DNA of 64,000 nucleotides from Octopus vulgaris (Eukaryota), in NCBI GenBank assembly GCA_951406725.2, contig OX597820.1:112778001-112842000 (forward strand). The letters are read 5' to 3'. Below the pieces are notes generated by a model that was not told the DNA's origin, ran no database searches, and worked only from the letters and a program-made list of their open reading frames with translations. Both the position numbers and the translations under genes were made by a program. Positions within the stretch are counted from its first letter, which is position 1. Each line of letters starts with the position of its first letter. Shown one piece after another: positions 14,687 through 25,983 of this stretch.

Positions 14687-14861
14687 GAAATAAGATTAAG
14701 ATTAATGTAAAAAATAAATATCACTGAAGCAAAATAACACCAAATATATAGTGCGTGTGTTTTTATTGGCTAAACTGGCAATATGACCATTCCAAAATAT
14801 AACAATATCTGTTTCAACACACGACTTCACATAAAAAATCTTGCACAACAAATATTTAAAC

Positions 14862-14917
<56 letters not shown>

Positions 14918-15008
14918 ATGCACTGTTTTCTCCAGAAAAATACAGCAGGCAAATTACAAAATTTAGGTTGCTTAACTCATTAGAATTTAAGTTTTCTAGC
15001 TTATAGTT

Positions 15009-15231
15009 TGATCATAGCTCCTAATGACTATAACCCCAAATGCTCATAACCCCTACTGATCATAATTCTCAATGGTTATAACCTCCAATGATCATAACTC
15101 TTAATGATCATAGCCCTTCATAATCATAACATCCTGATGATCATAACACTTGATAATCATAACCCTTAATGACCATAACCTTCGATGGTCATAACTTCTG
15201 ATAGTCATAGCCCCTGGTGATCTAATCCCTG
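15009..15231. repeat. Degenerate 16-bp minisatellite (tgatcataacccctaa)n, about 13-14 units
   Basis: Periodicity is directly visible. Confidence 0.85.
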
Positions 15232-16151
15232 TAAATTTATAACATCATATGACTGATAAGAATTTATATTAGGAGTTCAATCAATCAATGTCATCTTCAC
15301 ATTATCTCTCTTTCTCCCCCCCGCCCCTTCTGCTGCCATCCCTATTTTTCTCTTCAGTATTTAAAGTTAATTTTTGCAGTGCATGAAGGACTTTGTACGA
15401 CAAAATTGGGCTGAGTGGGAGAATGTATATGAAGAAGTTTTTAACATTCACCTTGAGTTTCAGATTAGAAATTCTCGGGTTTAAACCAGAAACTGGCCCA
15501 AAATCTTAGTATGTAGAAATGAATACCCTCTCAAACAGAGTTTTTATCCAGTAAAAGAAACATATTTTGGTAGCAGATTCCAAAACAAAATTGTTGACAC
15601 CAGACTTAACACAGGGCTTGAAGTTGGTGGCATACATGAAGGCAATTTCAGTTTTACATTTGTATGTTCCAGAAAGCCAGATTGTGATATTCTCAAAGAA
15701 GACTTGTAAAAGGTTTATATGGAATAGAAAATGGTGAGAAAGATAATGAACACATTTAATAAATGAGTGTTTGATTGGTTCTTGATATTGTATTGTCTAA
15801 TGTTAACTAAAATTTGAGAGAGACAAGAAATAACTAGACTAGTAACAGCAGTGATAAAAAGAAAACCAATAATTATTAGTCGTCATGGAAGTCTTCATTG
15901 ACAAATAGAGTGATGTATAAATCAAGATGGCATTTCTGACATGGAACAAGAGCCATAATGGAGAGACGCTGTGTTAGTTGTGTTAATAGAAGTTATCAAT
16001 AAAAAATTTTCTCTCTCTCCCCCTCTTTTTCACCTGCTCAATAAATGCTTCTAATATTAAACTGAGAAACACAGTAAAAGTTCTTAATTATGCCAACATG
16101 ATAATTATGTCAACATTATAATTTTATGATAATTATGTCACTCTCTTTTTA

Positions 16152-16905
16152 TAGATGCAGGCATGGCTGTAGGGTAAGAAGTATGCTTCCTGATCACATA
16201 GTTCTGGGTTCAGTCCCACAGTGTGACACCTTGGACAAGTATCTTCTACTGTAGCCTTGGGCTGACCGAAACCTTGTGTATGGATTTGGTGAAAGAAACT
16301 GAAAGAAGCTAGTCATATATATATGTGTGTGTGTGTGTATGTGTGTCTTTGTATTTGTGTTTGTTCCCCTACCTATTTCTTTATTAACCACAAAGGGCTA
16401 AACATAGAGGGGACAAACAAGGACAGACATAGGTATTAAGTCGATTATATCGACCCCAGTGCGTAACTGGTACTTAATTTATCGACCCTGAAAGGATGAA
16501 AGGCAAAGTCGACCTCGGTGGAATTTGAACTCACAACGTAACGGCAGCTGAAATACGGCTAAGCATTTCGCCCAACGTGCTAACGATTCTGCCACCTCGC
16601 TGCCTATATATATATATCTTTATTTCCTCGCCTTGTTTCTTTATGTGTTCCTTTCTGTGGAAGAGCAACCAGCTCGCCGCCTTCAATAAAAATTGTTCCC
16701 CTACCACCACTTGACAACCAGTGCTGGTGTGTTTGCATCCCACTAACTTAGCAATTTGGCAAATAGAATAGCACCAATAGAATAAGTGCTAGGTTTAAAG
16801 AATAAGTACTGGGGTTGATTCATTTGACTAAAAATTCAAGGCAGTGCCCCAGGATGGCTGCAGTCTAATGACTGAAAGGAGTAAAAAATAAAAGGTAAAA
16901 GATAA
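16152..16905 (+). mobile_element. Family C SINE interrupted by a family B SINE (16375-16603, minus) and a truncated HHR-element piece (16618-16666)
   Basis: The head gcaggcatggctgt and the tail gactgaaa..agtaaaa flank the nested inserts. Confidence 0.75.
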
Positions 16906-17439
16906 AAAATGTATTCCTTTTCTTTGCTAGTTTCAGCTTAAGAACTGTTATCATGCTGAGGTGCCACTGTATGATGAGTTTCTGTACAGATTCCATCTCT
17001 AATGACAAGATATTGGTTATCCCAAGTCTCCCAGTAGAAGGCACTTGTTGAAGGTGCTACTGAGAGGGATTATAACTGGAATCGCATGGTTCTGTGTAGT
17101 TGTGAAGTGAGCTCCTTAATCTCCTAGATATGCTATCAAATAGATATCACTAATTATAGTGCTTTGTCCTGTTTTGGAACCCTATATCCTTAACCTAGAC
17201 AAAATACACATTGAAGAAACTACTTCCTTCTCAGAGGTAACAAATGTGTCAAATGTACTGAGTCTTTACAACACAACAGATTATAATTATTTTATCACAG
17301 ACTATTACTTCCAACAACAGAAAGGGTTTTCCTAGCAATGAAAAATATATCTCCAGTAAACATGATTCTTTTTATCTGATGTCTTTAATCCTTTAGCATT
17401 CACATTATTCTGTCAAAAGTAATGCTTATTTATTCATAT

Positions 17440-17579
17440 TACGGAGATGTACTTGCATAGCAAGTGACCTGATCTGAGATCGTGTGCTGGAACGAAAACA
17501 GTTTCAGCATGGAAGGTGTTTATAAGCCATTTAAGAAACACACAAAAACCATTAGATTCACTTCAGCATTTAAATTTAA
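17440..17579 (-). mobile_element. Truncated second copy of the G3-C8 hammerhead element (3' part only)
   Basis: Reverse-complement homolog of about 48544-48682 (tacggagatgtacttgcatagcaagtga...). Confidence 0.85.
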
Positions 17580-18050
17580 GTGCCAGTGACACTTAAAAGG
17601 CACCATTCGAGTATGATCATTAGCAGCGTCGCCTTACTGGCACTTGTGCCCGTGCTAGTAGGGTGCCAAGAGCACCATCCGAGTGTGATCATTGCCAGAG
17701 CAGCCAACTGGCTTCTGTGCCAGTTGCATGCAAAAGGGCACCATTCGAGCATGATCGTTACCAATGTCACCTTACTGGCACCTGTGCTGGTGGCATGTGT
17801 AAAAGAATTCGAGCGAGGTCATTGCCAGTACTGCCTGACTGACCCCATGCCAGTGGCACATAAAAAGCACTCACTACACTCTCGGAGTGGTTGGCGTTAG
17901 GAAGGGCATCCAGCTGTAGAAATTCTGCCAGATCAAGATTGGAGCCTGGTACAGCCATCTGGTTTGCCAGCCCTCAATCAAAATCGTCCAACCCATGCTA
18001 GCATGGAAAGCGGACGTTAAACGATGATGATGGTGATGATGATGATGATG
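17580..18050 (+). mobile_element. RTE-LINE 3'UTR fragment (family A) with about 5 internal tandem units
   Basis: Repeated tgccagtggca..taaaa.gcacc units and a (GAT)n tail. Confidence 0.85.
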
Positions 18051-18899
18051 CAATAGCAAGACAAGGAAACACACCTAGGTGCATGCACACACACATACAC
18101 ATATGAGGGTTCCTTTTGTTTCCATGTAGCAAATCCATTCATAAGACTTTTTGGCTGGCCTAGAGCTATTGCAGAAGACACTTGCCCAATGTGAACACAA
18201 AAACCATGTGACAGGGACACTGACTTCTTAACCACCCAGCTATGTCTGCATGAATTGAAATTCTTAAATTCCGAAGACACATTTAGACTGAGGTTGACTT
18301 TAAAAAACATTCCTTCATAATGAATTACCTGAATCATTGAATCTATATTAATATTTTATGAGCTTTATATTTGGAAAGAAACCAAAAGTGCTGAGGGCAG
18401 ACCTGTCAGAATATGAGCTAAAATAAGAGACAGAAACAAACAAATAAAAAAATCCTCAAAAGCTGAAGATAATGGTAATGCTAACAATGATAAATAAATA
18501 AAGGAAAAGAAACTGTATTATTTTTCTAATTTGAATATAATCATTATCTATATTATCAATCATAATCTATTGGGAAATGACATAACATCAGAGAAAGTTA
18601 CACACCTTTTGCTCTTTGAATGTGTAGGTTATTGTGGCAGTGGGGTGGAGGGTATCTCATGAGCTTATGTTTAATCAAAATTACTTTTGATTAAAATATT
18701 TGAAGAATATTTAAAAAAATAAAGATCTGGACTATTGATGATGGTGGTGGTGATGGTGGTGATGATGATGGTGGCACTGGTAATGATGATGATGATAATG
18801 ATGTTGATGATGATGATGATGATGATGATGATGACGATGGTGTTGGTTGTTAACCGTCATGACACTGCATCTTTCAAAAGTTTTGTGCTTCTTGGAATT

Positions 18900-19015
18900 C
18901 ACAAACATTACTTGCCTTCCAATGATATAGTTCCAAGTTCAGTTCCACTGCATGGCAACTAGGGCAAGTGTACTCTACTATAACCTTAGGCTGAATCCTT
19001 GTGAATGGATTTGGA

Positions 19016-19050
<35 letters not shown>

Positions 19051-19310
19051 GCAAGATGTGTGTGTGTATGTGTCTTTGTGCCTATATTTGTCCTTACCAC
19101 CACCACCACCACCACCACCACAACTGCTTGACAACCAATATTTGTGTGTTTACATCCTGGTAACATAGCAGTTTGGCAAAAGGGGCTGATAGAATAAGTA
19201 CCAGGATTAAAAAGCAAAAACAAATAAGTGCTGGGACTGATTCATTTGACTAAAAATTCTTCAAGGCAGTGCCCCAGCATGGTCACAGACTAAAACAAGA
19301 AAAAGAGAAA
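18900..19310 (+). mobile_element. Family C SINE
   Basis: Homologous to the 53205 and 54105 copies. Confidence 0.75.
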
Positions 19311-19964
19311 AGATGAAGAGAAAAATGATGATGATGACGATGATGATGGTGAACTTCTTGAAAATATTTCTGAAACCAATAAAATATTCCTGCAATTTTA
19401 AATACACTCACTTTCCAAAAGGAAATAACTATTTTCCACCTTCCGCTATCTTATCCTACTTGATGACAGCTGTTGCACTCCCTCCTATGCAGCTTCTTTG
19501 CCAATGAATGAAGTTTGACAAGTTTTATAAGGAAACTTGTATAGCTTTTTCTTTTGTTTTTAGTGCAGGGGGGGATTTGCTTCAGTATTTATTTTATGGA
19601 ACATTCCGGGCATTTTTGCATTGTTTCCATATTCTGAGAGAAGAATTCAAGTTATTTAGAATGAACTGTAAGCAAATTAATTCTATACGCAAACAAGTTG
19701 GTAACAAACACCTACATTTCTCCACACTTTTCTCTTGTCATTCTCTCCCGCACCCCATCCTGAAACAAAGCAAACAGCCTTACTTGATGGAAACAACCAA
19801 AATATTGAATCTAAATGTTAAACAGCCAATTTGTCAAATTTAAGTGCCACCAACTCAAATATTAAGTTAACATCCATGCCATATCTTGCCAAACGTTAAT
19901 TTTAATCTTTGAGTCAATGAAGGAACCTCCTGGGTAGTCGTTTGATTAGCTAGAAATAGCAGCC

Positions 19965-20157
19965 ATCATCATCATCATCATCGTTTAATGCCCGTTTTCC
20001 ATGCTAGCACGGGCTGGACGGTTCGACCAGGGTCTGGGAAGCCAGAAGGCTGCACCAGGCTCCAGTCTGATCTAGCAGTGTTTCTACAGCTGGATGCCCT
20101 TCCTAATGCCAACCACTCCGAGAATGTAGTGGGTGCTTTTTACATGCCACCAGCACG
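19965..20157 (-). mobile_element. RTE-LINE 3' end (family A)
   Basis: (ATC)n-gtttaatgcccgttttccatgctagcac. Confidence 0.85.
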
Positions 20158-21304
20158 ATCTCCCTTAAATTATACCTGGCAATCTTAAAGAAAACTGAAG
20201 TATACACAATGAGATCTTGGGACATGTCTGAAGTGGAAAAAGAAACAACATGGTGTGGTCATGGTTGGAGCATTATAGTGTTGTCCCGGAGCTAAACAAT
20301 AGCTGCAGTAGTTAACATATATTTTCTATCTTAATGTAGATTCAACACTGCATTTGTCCTTATATTTTAATCTTTCAAGTCCGAAACCACTTCTGAATTA
20401 ATTTTTTCCTTTTACCATTTATTCCAACATAGATATTTGCCAACACCAATTCCTATTCTACTCAGGGTACATCATCCACCCACAATATATACACATTAGT
20501 AGAGTCATCTTTCCTGTATATATTTATATACCCTTTTGATACTCTGTTGCTTTCTTCACTTGCACTTAATTCCTCAATATTTTCCACAAAGAATATGTTC
20601 TCAAATAAAAAACCATATTCTTTGTGGAAAATAGCGATTTGACGTCTATATCTAGCATGTTGACCGTCCACTTTTAATTGTCAGTCCTTTAAATTTTGTA
20701 TATATATACACACACACACAAATATATATATATATATAATTTGCATCTGTTTGCTGCTTATGCTGACAAAAATATGCAATATGGTAGCTTTCCAAACATC
20801 TAATCCAGTGTCACCTCAAGTTTTTAAGTCCAAGGTTTGTACATCTAGTCTGGTGCATTGCTAATCAGAGATACCCCTTAATGTTGATTTCACCAGAACC
20901 TGCAAGGGCCATGACCACAGCCCTTCCTCCATACCAACCCAGTGATATCATCCACATCACTGTGAACCTTTTCTTTGTAAAAGTATAGTAAACACACACA
21001 CTGGCTTCTGTCCACCAAATCCACTCCCAAGGTCTGGGTTTGGCCTAGGGCTGTTGTAGAAATCATTATGGGAAGTGAACTACTCAACTACACAACCATA
21101 AATGCCAATATTAATATGGGATGTGGAGTGAGCCAGTATCTAGATGACAATTGTATTTACAGAATTTTTCTCCGTTTCAACTCCAGAAGCTCATCTCCTT
21201 ATTACATGCTGGTCTTATTAATCCTATTCAGTTTAATCTAGAAACAGTATTTTGGTTTCTATACTCTATCCTTTTTCTTCAAATGTAAGTTATGCACATA
21301 TCAT

Positions 21305-21422
21305 TTATATACCGTATCACGTTGAAAGCACCGGTTCTCGTCTGATCACCGAAGTTAAGCAACGTCGAGCCTAGTCAGTACTTAGATGGGTGACCGCATG
21401 GGAAACCTAGGTGCAGTAAGCA
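21305..21422 (+). pseudogene. 5S rRNA-derived sequence forming the head of a composite SINE
   Basis: atcacgttgaaagcaccggttctcgtctgatcaccgaagttaagcaacgtcgagcctagtcagtacttagatgggtgaccgcatgggaaacctaggtgcagtaagc is near full-length 5S with A/IE/C boxes; no oligo-T terminator follows. Confidence 0.92.
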
Positions 21423-21776
21423 TAGCACATTGTTGAAGGCGCATGGCTCAGTGGTTAGAGCGTCGAGCTTACGATCGTGAGGTTGTGAGCTCGAATCCCG
21501 GTCCGGGCTGCGTGTTGTGTTCTTGAGCAAAGCACTTTATTTCACGTTGCTCCAGTTCACTCAGCTGTAGAAATGAGTTGCGACGTCACAGGTGCCAAGC
21601 TGTATCAACCTTTGTCTTTCCCTTGGATAACACTGGTGGCATGGAGAGGGGAGGCTGGTATGCATGGGCGACTGCTGGTCTTCCATAAACAACCTTGCCC
21701 GGACTTGTGTCTAGGAGGGTAACTTTCTAGGTGCAATCCCATGGTCATTCATGACCGAAGGGGGTCTTTACCCTTA
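21305..21776 (+). mobile_element. Composite 5S rRNA + tRNA-derived SINE (family E)
   Basis: 5S is followed by a tRNA head (tggctcagtgg A box, gctcgaatccc B box). The whole unit is flanked by the 10-bp direct repeat cacatatcat (21295-21304 and 21777-21786). Confidence 0.85.
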
Positions 21777-21896
21777 CACATATCATATTGCATCAATTAC
21801 ACAATGGTAATTACTAACTATGTGCATGATTTCATGCCTTTCTTCTACGAATAAGAACAGAGATAATGATAGTTGGTGATGATGATGATGATGATA

Positions 21897-21930
<34 letters not shown>

Positions 21931-22829
21931 CGACGACGATGATGATGACAACGACAACGATGACAACATCAACGTTGTTGATGACGGTAACTACAATGAT
22001 ACTTTGCTGTTGTTTGCACATAAAAATTTAAGTTTTTCGCTTTAGTTATCAATGAGGATGAGTATGTTAGTGGTGGTTTTGGAGGTGCAAGCAGTGTCTG
22101 TTGGTGTCGGTGGCGGTAGGGATAGTAGTGGTGGTGGTGGTGGTGGTGGTAGAGGATAAACTGAACTAATTATGTGAAGTTAGGAACCCTGGAAGTGTAC
22201 AAGGGAATCAATCCACTTTAAAATGAACAATTCCACAATATTTTTTATCAGTTTAAAGTTTTATTGAAGAAGGATCAACTTGAAAGAGAACCAATTTCCT
22301 GAAGTTAATTGTTAATTTTGTGAACAAACAAGTAAAGCTAAAATGAAATTTAGCAAATCTGTAGGGACATCACATTAATTAAAAGTGCATATTTCATCAT
22401 TAACTTAAAAGTGGCACTGTTATTAGCAGCAGCTTTCAGGCCACATTCTGTGCTAATTAAATAATCAGAACAAATTTATTATCATTACATTCACTGTCAG
22501 TTCTTATTTTGGTTGGGTGGTGATAAGATTTCAGGGTGAATTGTGTTATGTATTTTAATTTGGTTATGGTGATGACCTCCAGTAAATAGGTGTGAGAAGC
22601 AAGCAGGGCCCTAGTGAATGGGTCAACATTCAACATGTTCCTGTTAGCAAAGGAATGCAGGTGGGAGAGAATACATGATGTTTGGCAGTAAAAGTAATCG
22701 TGGATTTGTGGAATGTCCTGATTGTCCCCAGCTCTATGTATCCTCCACACCACCCTATAAGGATGTTTCATTTTATTTCCTTTAACATCGTTGCTCTTCA
22801 TACCTGTACTTTTTTTTACTTAATTCTAT

Positions 22830-23045
22830 GTAACCCACACTGCTAATCCCAACTGTTAACTCCCACCATTACTCTCATTATAAACCCACTCTCTTAACCC
22901 TCACTGTTAATCTTCATTGTTAGCTCACAGTTAACCCAATACTGTTAAACCCCTACTGTTAACTTGCACCATTAACCGCCATTATAAACCCACACTTTTA
23001 ACCCTCACTGTTAACCCATCCATTATTAATCACAGTGTTGCCCTC
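22830..23045. repeat. Degenerate 13-bp minisatellite (taaccctcactgt)n
   Basis: Periodicity is directly visible. Confidence 0.75.
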
Positions 23046-24087
23046 CATCCCAGTTACTCTTTCTGCTTTTATGATTCATACTTGTAATGTCCCTTTGTTT
23101 CTTTCTGCCCATGTGGCAATGGTAGTGTTGAATTGGGTGATGGATTTCATCCGACATCCAAGAACTCACAACACAAAGAGCCAGATTAAATATAACATCA
23201 CAAGACATCTTGTCTGACTCCCTAACAATTCCTCCAATTCACAAACCCACCCCTGGACTGCTACTTTATTTTATTCCATTGACCCTGAAAGAATGAAAGT
23301 TAAAGTTGACCTTGGTAGGATTTGAACTCAGAATGCGGCAAACCAGAAGGCTATTTGTGTCTTATTGTATCAATATAGAGTATTAGAGTCTAAACACCAT
23401 TAACTGGGTTACTGTGCTATTATGTTTGCAAACAACTTATAGAGCTAAAGTAGAACTAGGGTAGAACTAGTGCTATGACAAAGACAAAAAAACTCCATTC
23501 TCAGTGAACCATCACTTTATTTGGATTTCCAATTAGGTCCATCATAATTCTATTGTTTATTTGTGAGATAGAGGTTGTAGCCTCTATGTCACATATAAAA
23601 TCATTCTTTATTCTCTTATTTTACAATGGCTTTTGTTCCTCTGAACTAGCTAATTGCATATTCCCTTCATATAGGCCCACAAATTTCTCATTTGCATAAT
23701 TCCTTCTGTAACTACTCTGTCATTACTATCTATTTTCTCCCTCCTTCCACCTTTATGATAATCTATGTGCATGTGTGTGTGTGTGTGTTGTGCTCCTTTA
23801 CTCATTGCCTATCATCAAGCCTAGTATGAGCACTAATCCTGCTCCCCTTATATCAACTTTCTCTATATCTCCTTCTTTTACTCTCTCTCCTCATCTTGCT
23901 ATACAGTGTAAAGCACAACTGGAGAAATTAAAGAACCAACCAACCAACAAACAAACATTTATAATGGTTATTATTATATACAGAGAAGCTTCATATTCTT
24001 TCCTAAAGAGATGTCCTATAAAACTGCTGTCTTTTGAGAAAAGAATGATAATCTCAGCAGCCCATTGTGGTCAATCAAAATAACCAT

Positions 24088-24640
24088 TATTATTATTATT
24101 GAGTGAGAGAGCAGTGGATGCCATCAAAGTGACACTGGGGTAAAATATACAAAGCCAAGTATACCCATTATGAGTACCCGTCTGATAAGGGTACACCAGG
24201 TACATACATTATAACCATATGTGCATGACATGGTGATTTAATATCAAGATAAACAGCACATGATCTTACAAGTAGGGATTGAATTTGAATTTTCTTCAGG
24301 TCAAGTAGCCCTTCCCACTCAAATGGTCCCTGAATAAGGGTTGCTTAAGGATGTTGAATGAAACACCCATGTTTCCAAAGGTGAATTATTCAAACCCCAA
24401 AGAATCCCTCTCAACACATAGCAATGATGCTCCCCAACTACTTCTGCTTGTGATCAGGGATGCACATATCATCAGCCACCAAGGGACATGCTTAACTGGT
24501 TATGGTCAAACAACTGACAAGCAAATCTGTTGTACTGAGCAGAAAATTTACTGTAGCCCATCTTTTATACCAAGACAAAACAATGTACATGATAACACTT
24601 CCAATCAGTTAAGATCAGAAGCCATGAGAGCCACTGCATG
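24088..24640 (-). mobile_element. Roughly 550-bp dispersed retroposon-like repeat (family F) with an (AAT)n tail
   Basis: Second copy at 60747-61290; both end ctctctcactc(aat)n on the minus strand. Confidence 0.75.
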
Positions 24641-24860
24641 GTAGGTGGTGAGCTGGCAGAATTGTTAGCGCACAGGACGAAATGCTTAGTGGTATTTTGC
24701 CTGTCACTACATTCTGAGTTCAAATTCCGCTGAAGTCAACTTTGCCCTTCATCCTTTCAGGGTTGATAAATTAAGTACCAGGGTAACACTGGGGTCAATG
24801 TAGTCAACTTGTCCCCTCTCACAAATTTCAGGCCTTGTGCCTGTAATAGAAAGGCTTATA
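24641..24860 (+). mobile_element. Family B SINE
   Basis: gagctggcagaattgttagc head and the central domain. Confidence 0.85.
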
Positions 24861-25608
24861 ATAATAATAATAATTATTATTATTATTAACTGGTATCATA
24901 TATTGCAGTGTTATATCTCATTTAATGTGTTTATCAACGAGCAACCAAATTGCATTTATCACTTTCACATTTCAACATACACAGAATAATTATGCAATAT
25001 TTTGATTATTATCATTTGAGTCCTAATTATTTTTAAGTATTAGCACCACCAGCTCTTCCACTACTACAACAGCTGCTTCTGCTGTGACACAGCTGCAACC
25101 ACTGCCACCACCATCACCATCACCATTGCTGTTATTATTAAATCTGACGTTATAGAGTGATAGACAAATGATATTTTCTCTCTTTGTATTGAATTACCTT
25201 CTGTCTGTCATCTCCTCTGTTTCATTGTTTCTAAAGCAAAAATGACTGAATATGAAATCATTGATGAAATCGTCAATGAGGATGGCAGCTATAATGACAC
25301 TGACGATGGTAACTTTGAGTGAAAAATAATGGTGACAATGACGACAGCACATTAGAAGAAAAATCAATTACAAAGTAACACGTGATGTTTTTGAGTCTGA
25401 ATTGCATTATCATCATCACCCACCATTGTCAACATTATCCATTTAATATTAAGTCCTGGTATGAGTTGAATAGTTCGATGGGATCTGAGTCACAGGACAG
25501 CATCAAGCACTGACATTAGCTTTAGCATGGTTTCTACAGCCGAATGCCTTTCCTACTGTTAACCAGTTTACAGTGCTTGATATTAGGTGCTTTTTCAGGT
25601 CTTCAGAG

Positions 25609-25983
25609 GTGGAGGCACAATGGCCCAGTGATTAGGGCAGCGAACTCGCAGTCGGAGGATTGCGGTTTTGATTCCCAGACCGGGCGTTGTGTGTGTTTAT
25701 TGAGCGAAAACACCTAAAGCTCCATGAGGCTCTGGCAGGGGGTGGTGGTGACCCCTGTTGTACTCTTTTGCACCACTCTTTCTTCCTGTTTCTTGTCCCC
25801 GACTTCCTACGCAACCACTAAGCCTGGATGCGCATTCATCCATCCGTCAATGCTCTCGGTGTCAAGGGTTGACCTGCTTTCTTTTCTGCGGGTCTTACGA
25901 ATAGCAAAGGACCATGTTTCGGACTTCTCCCAGAGGATGAAGACCGCTTCGTTCAACAAACAAACAAACAAACAAAACAAACC
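25609..25983 (+). mobile_element. Family D SINE
   Basis: gtggaggcacaatggccc head and (CAAA)n tail. Confidence 0.9.

Noticed and set aside
17580-17900. CRISPR-like repeat/spacer appearance in family A arrays
   Set aside because: The apparent spacers are homologous to each other, the array is part of an RTE 3'UTR, the context is eukaryotic and there are no cas genes.
21305-21422. Functional 5S rRNA gene
   Set aside because: The 5' end is altered, there is no oligo-T terminator, and it is fused to a SINE within a TSD.
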